A DNA stretch of 58,604 nt from a virus (taxonomy: Duplodnaviria > Caudoviricetes). Below, one piece after another: positions 35,654 to 44,398 of this stretch. The position numbers and the translations under genes were made by a program. The stretch covers positions 1 through 58,604 of IMG/VR virus record IMGVR_UViG_3300047557_000735; one strand, 5' to 3'. Position 1 is the first letter of the stretch, and each line of letters begins with the position of its first letter. The notes beneath the pieces were generated by a model that saw only the letters and a program-made list of their open reading frames with translations, ran no database searches and had not been told where the DNA came from.

Positions 35654-35836
35654 TCATGATTGCGCCCAAAGCATGGCATTAAAAATTGAATCGGCTAGGT
35701 TCTGGCATTCGGTTTCGATTTCGTCCGGGTCGTGGTACTCGAATGGCTCCCATGGGATTTCGCATTCATCGTCGCAGTAAAAATGCGATTCGGCGATGCC
35801 TCGAGCGCGTGCCTTTAATTCTTCGGTCGTTTTCAT
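35654..35836 (-). CDS. Small acidic early protein
   Basis: Starts at the repeated leader; very D/E-rich (YCDDECEIPWEPFEYHDPDEIETE). Confidence 0.7.
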   Translation of the reverse strand: MKTTEELKARARGIAESHFYCDDECEIPWEPFEYHDPDEIETECQNLADSIFNAMLWAQS

Positions 35837-35855
35837 TCGTCTGATCTCCTTGTGA

Positions 35856-36536
35856 TTATGCGGTGCGTGCGATGGGGATTACCCGGCGGGCTCGTTGGTC
35901 GGTTTGCTTCGCTCGGGTACCATGCGCCCGAAAACCGACGATTACTGCTCGGTCGGCGTGCTGGCAAAGTCCGCAAGTTTCGCAAGTCTTATCCTCCCGG
36001 GTCTGCGCCGGGCATACCACTATCGGGCGGCCTTCGGGCGTAGTGGTGCGCTCGGGCGTGTCCATTGGCACAATGCAAGTCAATGGCAATCCGTGGGCGG
36101 CGAGCGTGTCCGCCTCTCCGGCATCGTCCGCGGATAGGTTGACGGTAAAACCCCATGCAGTAGCATGGCGAGCCCAAAAGATGGCGCTCGCGCTCTTCTT
36201 GTGCGTGTAGGTGAATCCTTTGCGGCCTATGTTCGCCCGGACTATCTCTCCCAGTGCGTACGCGTCCACGTCTTCACCTTCGCCCGGTAAATCTCCGGCT
36301 ACATTCATGCGCCAAAGCTGTCCGACTGGTAGCGCTGCAATACTCGCGCAAGTTTCGGGCAAGTCCGAGCCCCGGTCGGGTACCTTGTTCCATGCCATGC
36401 GGGTTAAAAAATCCTCGCCGTAACAGTCGGCCTCGTAGTGCGGGCAGGTTGGCGGGCAGGTTTTGCGCTCGCTGTAGGTTACCGGGATCGCTCCGGTCTT
36501 GCGGTTGTTTGATTTGCGGATGAAGTGGATTTTCAT
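35856..36536 (-). CDS. Cys-rich phage protein, GP88-like putative Fe-S protein
   Basis: N.KTG...TCP..CP....CY, R.NVAGD, FTYTH, VNLS, CPAQ...CETCGLC, F.AHG. Confidence 0.65.
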   Translation of the reverse strand: MKIHFIRKSNNRKTGAIPVTYSERKTCPPTCPHYEADCYGEDFLTRMAWNKVPDRGSDLPETCASIAALPVGQLWRMNVAGDLPGEGEDVDAYALGEIVRANIGRKGFTYTHKKSASAIFWARHATAWGFTVNLSADDAGEADTLAAHGLPLTCIVPMDTPERTTTPEGRPIVVCPAQTREDKTCETCGLCQHADRAVIVGFRAHGTRAKQTDQRARRVIPIARTA

Positions 36537-36808
36537 GCGGTCACCTGCGGGCGGTAGGTTGCGTAATTGCGGACGCGGCTATAGTTGTGTGCGCTGTTGC
36601 GCTCCCGGATTTTCGGGTCGTGTCCATGGCGTGCCCGGTACGCATTAAAAAATGTCGCTGCGTCCATGTCTTCCTCAAGGTAGGCATAATCGCCCCGGCT
36701 GTATGAGTAGTGGCTGATCTTGTCTGCGATCTGGAATTCGGCGAGCATGCGATGCGGTACCTTGATCCATCCGTGCCCGGGATCGGAAATAAAGTCGAAA
36801 GTTTTCAT
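36533..36808 (-). CDS. Conserved phage early protein (DPGHGW family)
   Basis: F.SDPGHGW.KV...IS.YSY.....YLEED.D...F. Confidence 0.75.
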   Translation of the reverse strand: MKTFDFISDPGHGWIKVPHRMLAEFQIADKISHYSYSRGDYAYLEEDMDAATFFNAYRARHGHDPKIRERNSAHNYSRVRNYATYRPQVTA

Positions 36809-36821
36809 GGTGTCTTATCCT

Positions 36822-37022
36822 TTAAGCGGTTTTCAGGTGGTTAAAAATCTTCGGTGCCTCGGTTTGTAGTTCGATTTCATAACCCAGTGCCTGCACATCT
36901 CGCAGGGTGTTGCGGGTTAGCGTCTTCGTGCCTGCTATCCGGGCGAATAGTTCGGCGGCGGGGCACGCAGGGTAAAAAGTGTCGATGCCATAATTCGAGC
37001 GATGTTTAACGGTGATTTTCAT
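36822..37022 (-). CDS. Conserved phage hypothetical protein
   Basis: YG....YP.C..A..FA.IAGTKTLT......LGY.I. Confidence 0.7.
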   Translation of the reverse strand: MKITVKHRSNYGIDTFYPACPAAELFARIAGTKTLTRNTLRDVQALGYEIELQTEAPKIFNHLKTA

Positions 37023-37026
37023 TTTA

Positions 37027-37197
37027 TTAATCTCTCAGGTTGTGGTCTTCAACGGCGGCGATTACCGATATAAACAAGCTTGCGAGTGTCATGATTACCA
37101 TATCGACGGTGTCAATCTCTCCGGTCACTCCAAGGTAAAGACAAGCGGTTGCGAGCAAAATGCCTGCGATCACGATAATTTCAGGGATGCGGTTCAT
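37027..37197 (-). CDS. Small two-TM membrane protein (56 aa)
   Basis: AGGAACCCGACACCATG leader; two hydrophobic segments. Confidence 0.55.
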   Translation of the reverse strand: MNRIPEIIVIAGILLATACLYLGVTGEIDTVDMVIMTLASLFISVIAAVEDHNLRD

Positions 37198-37210
37198 GGT
37201 GTCGGGTTCC

Positions 37211-37423
37211 TTAAGGGTTTAAGCGGTTGGTGTCTTCGATATACAAAAGCCAGTTCATAACGTCGCCGGTGCTGATCCAGTCTCCCCGGCTTCCGTCTTG
37301 CTGGATCGGGTGAAACTTCGCCGATAGTAAGTGCGCCCGGAATTCCCGGGTGCGGTCGGCGCGTGTAGCCGCGTCGGCGTGTAGCGTCTCGATCTCGGTC
37401 TGTAGTTGGTGAATGTAGTTCAT
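37211..37423 (-). CDS. Hypothetical early protein
   Basis: MNYIHQLQ...L.S.KF...DG.R.DWI.T.DV. Confidence 0.65.
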   Translation of the reverse strand: MNYIHQLQTEIETLHADAATRADRTREFRAHLLSAKFHPIQQDGSRGDWISTGDVMNWLLYIEDTNRLNP

Positions 37424-37436
37424 GGCGGCGGCTTCG

Positions 37437-37703
37437 TTACATTCCGACCATGGCGGCACGGATTGATGATGCGCTGTAGGGTGCGCCGTCCGGGGTTGCG
37501 GTTGGCAAGCTTTGCATCATCAGGCAAGCGGCAAGGTCGCGCCCGGATTTGTGAATGCCGTATACGCGCAAGGCACCGGCGGCTGTGTATCCCTTGGCGG
37601 TGTTGATGCATTCCAGCGCATGGCGATACAGTTTTTCGTCGTTGTTTATCCATAGGCTGACATTCCAGTGATTCCAGTTTTTGTGTCCGTTGTATTTGCT
37701 CAT
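37437..37703 (-). CDS. Conserved phage early protein (YNG..NW..WNV.LWI.NDE family)
   Basis: Recognisable N-terminal motif and TPDG. Confidence 0.75.
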   Translation of the reverse strand: MSKYNGHKNWNHWNVSLWINNDEKLYRHALECINTAKGYTAAGALRVYGIHKSGRDLAACLMMQSLPTATPDGAPYSASSIRAAMVGM

Positions 37704-37753
37704 GGTGTGGTTTCCTTTGGGTTAGGTGCCCGGGATATCCCGGGCGGGTTGGG

Positions 37754-38212
37754 TTAAACAGTTTCGGCGGCGGTGGCTTTGGCGAATATCTCAGGGAAGG
37801 CATTCACTAAAATTTGCAGGTTGTGACTGTCGGCGCGTAGTGCTGCGTCTCCAATACCAGCGGCAAAGCTTCCATGTATCCCGGTGGAAAGCTCCCGGGC
37901 GGCACGCATTAGGGCATCACGCTCGGCGTGCGGATTCTCAAAAGCTTTTTCCCATCCGAGCATGAATTCATTGCATCCGAAGTCGATAACGGTTTCATCG
38001 TCTGCCAGTCCGTAAGCGGATACAAGTGCCCATCCGATAGGTTCGCCGTTAGCGTCTCGAATGTTTAACTGGGCTTCCTCTACCGATTCAATGCAATCGA
38101 TGATGGTCTTGTATTTGGTAGAGCGTTTCACTTCCCATATTTCGCCGTCGAATACCGAAACGGTGTGCCCGGCGTTCAGGGCGTAGCGGACTAGGTGCTT
38201 ATATGCTTTCAT
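37754..38212 (-). CDS. Hypothetical early protein, possibly a two-module fusion
   Basis: ATG at 38212 after GGAG. The N-part has GHTVSVFDGE; the C-part has GSFA..IG.A...AD..N...L..AFPE.F. Confidence 0.65.
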   Translation of the reverse strand: MKAYKHLVRYALNAGHTVSVFDGEIWEVKRSTKYKTIIDCIESVEEAQLNIRDANGEPIGWALVSAYGLADDETVIDFGCNEFMLGWEKAFENPHAERDALMRAARELSTGIHGSFAAGIGDAALRADSHNLQILVNAFPEIFAKATAAETV

Positions 38213-38245
38213 GGTGGTGGTCTCCGGGTTGGTTAGTGCCTGCAA

Positions 38246-38275
38246 ATTGTAAGCGGTTTCCATGTATCGATGCAA
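38246..38275 (-). promoter_or_regulatory. Leftward (early) sigma70-type promoter
   Basis: Minus strand: TTGCAT, 18 nt, TACAAT. Confidence 0.6.
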
Positions 38276-38478
38276 TAGGTGTCGTGCATGGAACATATTG
38301 CATAGATCATGCCAAGGGCAAAGGTCGCATAAATACTGGGTTTGCCCGTTTCCCCGGTGTGTCAATATGTGACAATCCTGTTCCGTTGTGTGACAGTTGT
38401 TCCATATTGGTACACTTTCCGCGTTTGTTCCGGTATGATCGGGGCGGTTAGATATAGCGAAGCGGAACAGTCCAAGAC

Positions 38479-39198
38479 ATGAAACGCAAAGAGATAAAGC
38501 AAGCATTAAAAGAGATGCCCATTGAAACTATCTTGATGGTGGGTAAGAGCGAACTCACACCTAAGCAGAGAGAGTTTGCCCGGCAGGTTGCGCTCGGTAA
38601 TAGCGGGGCGGAGAGCTATCGCAAGGCATATGACAGTAAGGGTAAACCTAAGACACAAGGGGATCAGGCTAGCAAGCTCAAGGCCGATTCCCGAATAGCC
38701 GCGGAAATAGAAGCTTATGAGTTGGCATTAGAGGCTCAGAAATATCGCTCCTCTGAATCCTTGCGGGCTCTAGTAATTCAGTCGCTCGTCTCCGTCCTGA
38801 TCGATCCAGCGGCAAAACAGAGCACAAAGGTAACCGCGGCAAAAGTTCTGGGGACGGTAACCGAAGTTGCGGCATTCACCGAGCGCAAAGAGATCACCAC
38901 GATCAGCGGCTCAGATGCCATCAAGTCGCAAATCATGGATCAGCTTAAGACGTTGATGATCGGTTCCGGCTCGCAGGATGTGACGGACGTTGATGCGGTA
39001 GACTTGCTTGCTGAATTGACAACCGACCGGGTACCCGTTGACGATGCCGCCCCTGCCGACCCCACCGCCGGGGCACCCCCCGCTGCTGGCGAGCCGGAGT
39101 CCCACGCGCTAGAACATACTATTCCACACGAACAATCCCCTCAAAATATCGAACCCACCCCCTTGTCTTCCGAAACGCAGACCCCCGGGGGGGTATAA
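38479..39198 (+). CDS. terS: Terminase small subunit (probable)
   Basis: LTPKQREFA...G....ESYRKAY HTH-like N-terminus; upstream of TerL. Confidence 0.7.
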   Translation: MKRKEIKQALKEMPIETILMVGKSELTPKQREFARQVALGNSGAESYRKAYDSKGKPKTQGDQASKLKADSRIAAEIEAYELALEAQKYRSSESLRALVIQSLVSVLIDPAAKQSTKVTAAKVLGTVTEVAAFTERKEITTISGSDAIKSQIMDQLKTLMIGSGSQDVTDVDAVDLLAELTTDRVPVDDAAPADPTAGAPPAAGEPESHALEHTIPHEQSPQNIEPTPLSSETQTPGGV

Positions 39199-39235
39199 AA
39201 AAATGAAAACCGTGACGTTAATAAACAGACAACTT

Positions 39236-39259
39236 CTATCTGGTAATATTACCAGATAG
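39236..39259. promoter_or_regulatory. Perfect 24-bp palindromic operator, copy 2
   Basis: CTATCTGGTAATATTACCAGATAG is its own reverse complement and lies directly upstream of the LexA-like gene. Confidence 0.85.
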
Positions 39260-39270
39260 GTTTTTGGGAC

Positions 39271-39570
39271 ATGGATAAGTTATTGATTAATAGGGAGATG
39301 GCACGCAAGCCTCGGGTGACGGAGGCCGAGTGTATGGAGATAAAGATGACCCCGGCGCAGAAGGAAGTGTTTTTGGTGGTGGATGAATGGTGGAAGCGGT
39401 ATGGGTTTGGGCCGTCTATACGGGATATATGTAAGTTGAGGGGTAAGGGCGGGATGGGGAATACGAGTGAGATTATTGACAGGTTGGTGAAGTTGGGTGT
39501 GTTGAAGAAGTTGAGGGGAGCGGGGCGGAGTGTGCGGCCTGTGTATATCAACTTTAGGAAGATAGATTGA
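39271..39570 (+). CDS. LexA-like winged-helix DNA-binding protein lacking the peptidase domain
   Basis: MTPAQKEVF..V.......GFGPSIRDIC...G........IIDRL...G.L......RSVR matches the LexA N-domain pattern. The exact start is uncertain. Confidence 0.8.
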   Translation: MDKLLINREMARKPRVTEAECMEIKMTPAQKEVFLVVDEWWKRYGFGPSIRDICKLRGKGGMGNTSEIIDRLVKLGVLKKLRGAGRSVRPVYINFRKID

Positions 39571-39601
39571 AAAACGACGCGGCGTCGTTTTTGGGGGTGA
39601 T

Positions 39602-39856
39602 ATGACATACGTAATGAGTCCAAGTGATCATTGGGGATATCCGGCAATGGTTCAGCAGGGGTGGCAGTGTCCTTGTTGTCGTAGGGTGTACAGCCCGTCT
39701 ACGCCTATGTGTTTTACGTGCGGCAATCATGGGGTGAAGACAGGTACGGGATATGTGGCGACTGGTAAAGCGCCAGAACAAAAATTTGAGGCAGATAGTC
39801 TTTCACCGGCGGGTATGCGCCACCGGAAGAATAGTCCTTGGGAGCCGGGGTATTAA
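39602..39856 (+). CDS. Small zinc-finger protein
   Basis: QGWQCPCC.RVYSP....C..C. Confidence 0.65.
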   Translation: MTYVMSPSDHWGYPAMVQQGWQCPCCRRVYSPSTPMCFTCGNHGVKTGTGYVATGKAPEQKFEADSLSPAGMRHRKNSPWEPGY

Positions 39857-41331
39857 TGGATCTGAGTGAACTGATATCGCAGTTACCTATGGCTGAGCAG
39901 GAGAAGCTGCTGGAGCAGGTATCGCAATATCGGGATGCGGTGAAGCGGGAGAAGGCGCAGAAGTCTTTTATGGCTTTTGTCCATGAGATGTGGCCGGGCT
40001 TTATACATGGGCGGCACCATGCCCTGATGGCTAAGAAGTTCGAGGAGATCGCTGAGGGGAAGTTAAAGCGGTTGATTATTAATATGCCGCCGCGTCATAC
40101 GAAATCGGAGTTTGCGTCCAACATGTTACCGGCGTGGTTCTTGGGGAAGTACCCGGACAAGAAGGTTATCCAGACATCTAACACGGCGGATCTGGCGGTG
40201 GGTTTTGGTCGTAAGGTCAGGAATCTGGTGGATTCGGAGCAGTATGCAAAAATTTTTCCAAATGTGGCGTTGCGGGCTGACTCCAAAGCTGCCGGTCGTT
40301 GGGCTACTAATCACAACGGTGATTACTTTGCTATCGGTGTTGGCGGTACTGTTACTGGTAAGGGTGCGGATCTACTGATCATTGATGACCCACATTCCGA
40401 ACAGGAAGCGCGGCTGGCGCAGGGTGATCCTACTGTCTTTGATAATGTGTATGAGTGGTACACCTCGGGTCCACGGCAGCGACTTCAGCCGGGCGGGGCG
40501 ATCATTATTGTGATGACGCGGTGGTCGGACAAGGATCTGACAGGCCGGGTACTGAAGTCTGACAATACAGATTGGGAGTTGATAGAGCTACCGGCGATCA
40601 TGCCGTCCGGGAATCCGCTCTGGCCTGAGTTCTGGAGCTTGACGGAACTAGAGGCGTTGAAGGAAGAACTGCCACCTTATAAGTGGAACGCCCAGTATCA
40701 GCAGAAACCGACGGGTGAAGAGGGGGCGATAGTAAAACGGGACTGGTGGAAACGGTGGGAGGGCAGCAGACCGCCCCGGTGTGAGTACGTCATCCAGTCT
40801 TGGGATACGGCCTTTACCAAAAGCCAGCGGGCTGACTATTCTGCCTGTACGACTTGGGGAGTTTTCTACAAGGATGAGGACGAGAATGATGTGAATATCA
40901 TCCTGCTGGACGCCTTTAAGGAGAAGATGGAGTTCCCGGAGTTAAAGCAAAAGGCCAAAGAGATGTATGACGAGTGGGAGCCGGACTCCTGCATTATTGA
41001 AGCGAAGGCCGCGGGTGCGCCGTTGATCCACGAATTACGGCGGATGGGGGTGTACGTTCAGGACTACACGCCAAGCCGGGGGAATGACAAGTTTGTGCGT
41101 CTGAATTCGGTTACAGATTTGTTTAGTTCGGGTAAAGTGTGGGCACCTGAGACGCGCTGGGCGGACGAAGTTATCGAGGAAATGGCTAGGTTTCCCAATG
41201 CTGAGCACGATGACTTGGTTGACTCCAGCGTACAAGCCTTGATGAGGTTTAGGCAAGGCGGGTTTTTGCGTTTGGATTCGGACGAAGAAGATGAGCCTAT
41301 GGGCTTTCGCCGCAAACGCTCTTATTACTAA
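39856..41331 (+). CDS. terL: Terminase large subunit
   Basis: INMPPRHTKS (Walker A), LLIIDDP (Walker B), QSWDTA and HDDLVD nuclease motifs. Confidence 0.95.
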   Translation: MDLSELISQLPMAEQEKLLEQVSQYRDAVKREKAQKSFMAFVHEMWPGFIHGRHHALMAKKFEEIAEGKLKRLIINMPPRHTKSEFASNMLPAWFLGKYPDKKVIQTSNTADLAVGFGRKVRNLVDSEQYAKIFPNVALRADSKAAGRWATNHNGDYFAIGVGGTVTGKGADLLIIDDPHSEQEARLAQGDPTVFDNVYEWYTSGPRQRLQPGGAIIIVMTRWSDKDLTGRVLKSDNTDWELIELPAIMPSGNPLWPEFWSLTELEALKEELPPYKWNAQYQQKPTGEEGAIVKRDWWKRWEGSRPPRCEYVIQSWDTAFTKSQRADYSACTTWGVFYKDEDENDVNIILLDAFKEKMEFPELKQKAKEMYDEWEPDSCIIEAKAAGAPLIHELRRMGVYVQDYTPSRGNDKFVRLNSVTDLFSSGKVWAPETRWADEVIEEMARFPNAEHDDLVDSSVQALMRFRQGGFLRLDSDEEDEPMGFRRKRSYY

Positions 41332-41339
41332 GGACAATC

Positions 41340-43802
41340 ATGGCGACAAATATTGATAAAGCACTCTATCAGGCACCTATCGGTCTGGACGCAATGACGG
41401 AAGAGCCAGAATTTGAGATTGAGATCGAAGATCCGGAGTCGGTGAGAATAGGAATGCCCGGCCTTGAGATTGAAATCGAGCCGGACGAAGAATCTGAAGA
41501 CGATTTTGCGGCAAATCTGGCTGAGTATATTAGTGAAGACACGCTAGAAGAGTTGGCAAATGAGTTGGTTGACGCGTATGAGGACGACAACAACTCAAGA
41601 AAAGACTGGATGCAGACTTATGTCGATGGCCTAGAGCTTCTCGGCATGAAGATAGAGGAGAGATCAGAGCCATGGGAAGGCGCATGCGGCGTTTACCACC
41701 CCATCATGGCAGAAACTCTGGTGAAGTTTCAGTCAGAAACGATCATGGAAACGTTTCCTGCATCGGGCCCAGTGAAAACACAGATCATTGGCAAGGAAAC
41801 TCCCAAAATTCGTGACGCTGCACTGCGAGTTAAGGACGATATGAACTATCGCCTTACTGTAAAGAACACAGAATACCGCCCAGAACACGAAAGAATGCTG
41901 TGGGGCTTGGGTCTTGCTGGCAATGCGTTCAAGAAAGTCTACTTTGACCCATCATTAGGTCGCGAAACTGCGATTTTTGTCCCAGCCGAGGACGTAGTTG
42001 TCCCTTACGGCGCAAGCAATCTCAAAACTTCCCCGCGTGTTACGCACATCATGCGTAAAACAGAGAACGAATACAGGAAACTGGTCGTTGCTGGGTTCTA
42101 TCGTGACGTAGATTTACCAGAACCACAAAATACGCTGGACGATGTAGAGAAAAAGATTGCGGAAAAGATGGGATTCCGCGCTACATCTGATGATCGATAC
42201 AAATTCCTCGAGATACAGGTGGATCTGGACCTCGAAGGCTACGAAGATAAGGACGATGACGGTGAAAAAACTGGAATCGCCATTCCTTATATTGTGACTA
42301 TCGACAAAGAGTCACGCAAAGTGCTGGCAATCCGTCGTAACTGGAGGCCAGATGACAAAGCCAAATTGAAGCGCCAACACTTCGTACACTATGGATACAT
42401 TCCGGGATTTGGTTTCTACTATTTTGGCCTCATTCATCTTCTTGGGGCGTTTGCTAAGTCTGGTACTTCTATTATTCGCCAGCTTGTTGATGCTGGCACC
42501 CTTAGCAATCTGCCGGGTGGTCTTAAGTCTAAGGGCATGCGCACCAAAGGAGACGACACACCGATTGCACCGGGTGAATGGAGAGACGTTGACGTTGCGT
42601 CGGGCACGATACGCGACAACATCCTGCCACTCCCGTACAAAGAACCAAGTCAGGTCCTGTTCCAACTGATGAATCAGATTGTGGAAGAAGGCAGACGCTT
42701 TGCTTCCGCAGCAGATTTAAAAGTTAGTGACATGTCTTCACAGTCCCCGGTTGGGACTACATTGGCAATTCTTGAGAGGCAGTTAAAAGTGATGAGCGCA
42801 GTACAGGCTCGCATTCACTTTGCCATGAAAGAAGAATTCCGCTTGCTCAAAGAGATCATCAAAGACTATGCACCTAGTGATTATGACTATGTGCCAGTTG
42901 ATGGTACGCCGCAAGCAAAGAGTTCGGATTACGACATGGTGGACATCATCCCTGTGTCTGATCCCAACGCGGCAACGATGTCGCAGAAGGTAGTTCAGTA
43001 TCAAGCTGTCATGCAGATGGCGTCACAAAACCCGCAAATCTATGATCAGGTAGAACTGAATCGCCAGATGTTAGAAGTACTCGGCATTAAGAATATTGGA
43101 AAACTTATTCCTACTGCCGAAGACCAAAAGCCCAAAGATCCTGTGTCCGAAAACATGGCGATCTTGAACAACAAGCCTGTTAAAGCATTCGTGTATCAAG
43201 ACCACGAAGCGCACATTCAGGTCCACATTTCTGCCGCACAAGATCCGAAGATTCAAAAAATCATCGGTCAAAATCCGCAAGCAGGTGTGATGATGGCAGC
43301 GCTGCAAGCACACATTGCAGAGCACGTTGCGTTTGAATATCGCAAACAGATTGAAGAGCAGCTTGGTATTCCTCTGCCTAAGATGGATGAGGATATGTCT
43401 GAGGATGTTGAGATTGAGATCTCACGCATGATGGCTGCTGCTGCTGGAAAACTGTTGCAAAAGGATCAAGCTGAAGCTGCGCAACAACAAGCACAGCAAG
43501 CGGCACAAGATCCTATCGTTCAAATGCAACAGCAAGAGCTTGCTATCAAAGCTGGTGAGCTTGAGGTCAAGAAGCAAAAACTTCAGATTGACGCTGCGAC
43601 AAAAGCAGATCAACTGGAGATTGAGAAGGAACGCATCGCTGCACAGAAGGAAATTGCAGGCATGCAAGTTGGAGCAAAAGCTGCCAAAGATCGACAAGAG
43701 TTCGAAGGCAAAATGGAGTTGGAGGGCATCAAGGTTGGCTCACAAATAGCCAAAGAACGTGCCATCACAGCTAGAGAGAAACCACCGACAAGAGGTGAAT
43801 GA
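41340..43802 (+). CDS. Portal protein
   Basis: 820 aa directly after TerL; GNAFKKVYFD, Q-rich C-terminal coiled coil. Confidence 0.85.
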   Translation: MATNIDKALYQAPIGLDAMTEEPEFEIEIEDPESVRIGMPGLEIEIEPDEESEDDFAANLAEYISEDTLEELANELVDAYEDDNNSRKDWMQTYVDGLELLGMKIEERSEPWEGACGVYHPIMAETLVKFQSETIMETFPASGPVKTQIIGKETPKIRDAALRVKDDMNYRLTVKNTEYRPEHERMLWGLGLAGNAFKKVYFDPSLGRETAIFVPAEDVVVPYGASNLKTSPRVTHIMRKTENEYRKLVVAGFYRDVDLPEPQNTLDDVEKKIAEKMGFRATSDDRYKFLEIQVDLDLEGYEDKDDDGEKTGIAIPYIVTIDKESRKVLAIRRNWRPDDKAKLKRQHFVHYGYIPGFGFYYFGLIHLLGAFAKSGTSIIRQLVDAGTLSNLPGGLKSKGMRTKGDDTPIAPGEWRDVDVASGTIRDNILPLPYKEPSQVLFQLMNQIVEEGRRFASAADLKVSDMSSQSPVGTTLAILERQLKVMSAVQARIHFAMKEEFRLLKEIIKDYAPSDYDYVPVDGTPQAKSSDYDMVDIIPVSDPNAATMSQKVVQYQAVMQMASQNPQIYDQVELNRQMLEVLGIKNIGKLIPTAEDQKPKDPVSENMAILNNKPVKAFVYQDHEAHIQVHISAAQDPKIQKIIGQNPQAGVMMAALQAHIAEHVAFEYRKQIEEQLGIPLPKMDEDMSEDVEIEISRMMAAAAGKLLQKDQAEAAQQQAQQAAQDPIVQMQQQELAIKAGELEVKKQKLQIDAATKADQLEIEKERIAAQKEIAGMQVGAKAAKDRQEFEGKMELEGIKVGSQIAKERAITAREKPPTRGE

Positions 43803-43993
43803 TGGACAAAACGCTTGAGGTTGTTCTTGAGCAATTGCGTGAAAAACGTCAGCAGTTAGTCGAGGCGGTAGCCACCAACTCCTGTCGAGACTTTGCTGAG
43901 TATCAAAAACTTTGCGGGGAGATTAGGGGTCTATCCCTTGCAGAGGGTTTTATTTTAGACCTCAAAAAACTTATGGAGCAATCTGATGACTGA
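43799..43993 (+). CDS. Conserved hypothetical head-region protein
   Basis: D..EY...CG.I.GL motif. Confidence 0.7.
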   Translation: MMDKTLEVVLEQLREKRQQLVEAVATNSCRDFAEYQKLCGEIRGLSLAEGFILDLKKLMEQSDD

Positions 43994-44387
43994 TATCGCC
44001 ATCGCCACAGAAAGCGGTGAAGTATCTACTCTGCCTCAATCAGCAGAGGAGAAAGCGAAGCAACTTCCAGAACCTGTTGGATACCACATCCTTGTGGCTC
44101 TACCAGAGGCGGAAGACAAATACGAAAGCGGCATTTTCAAAGCGGACGAAACGCGGAGATTTGAAGAAGTGCTGGCTACAGTATTTTTTGTAGTGAAGAT
44201 GGGACCTGATTGCTACAAGGATGAGAAAAGGTTCCCAACAGGGCCGTGGTGCAAAGAGGGTGATTTTATTCTCGCTCGCCCAAATTCTGGCACACGGTTG
44301 AAGATCCACGGACGCGAATTCCGTTTGATCAATGACGACACGGTTGAAGCGGTGGTCCAAGACCCACGCGGAATTAGCCGTGCATAA
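43986..44387 (+). CDS. GroES/Cpn10-like co-chaperonin
   Basis: P.G..ILV...E....SGI....VVKMGP..Y...K.GD.......G......G.EFRLINDD.V.AVV. Confidence 0.85.
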   Translation: MTDIAIATESGEVSTLPQSAEEKAKQLPEPVGYHILVALPEAEDKYESGIFKADETRRFEEVLATVFFVVKMGPDCYKDEKRFPTGPWCKEGDFILARPNSGTRLKIHGREFRLINDDTVEAVVQDPRGISRA

Positions 44388-44398
44388 AGGAGAAACAA

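Larger units (their letters stand above)
35290..35850 (-). repeat. Four dispersed copies of a translation-leader repeat AGGAGATCAGACG(AATG)
   Basis: Plus-strand cattcgtctgatctcct at 35434, 35638 and 35834, and a partial copy at 35290. Confidence 0.95.

Noticed and set aside
35290-35850. Regularly spaced repeats as CRISPR or integron attC
   Set aside because: Spacing is ~150-200 nt, the repeat is non-palindromic and is an RBS plus ATG, and no integrase is seen. Kept as a cassette-leader finding instead.
37754-38506. 250-aa version of this ORF
   Set aside because: The 5' extension runs through the promoter region and overlaps terS. The ATG at 38212 has an RBS and the shared leader.
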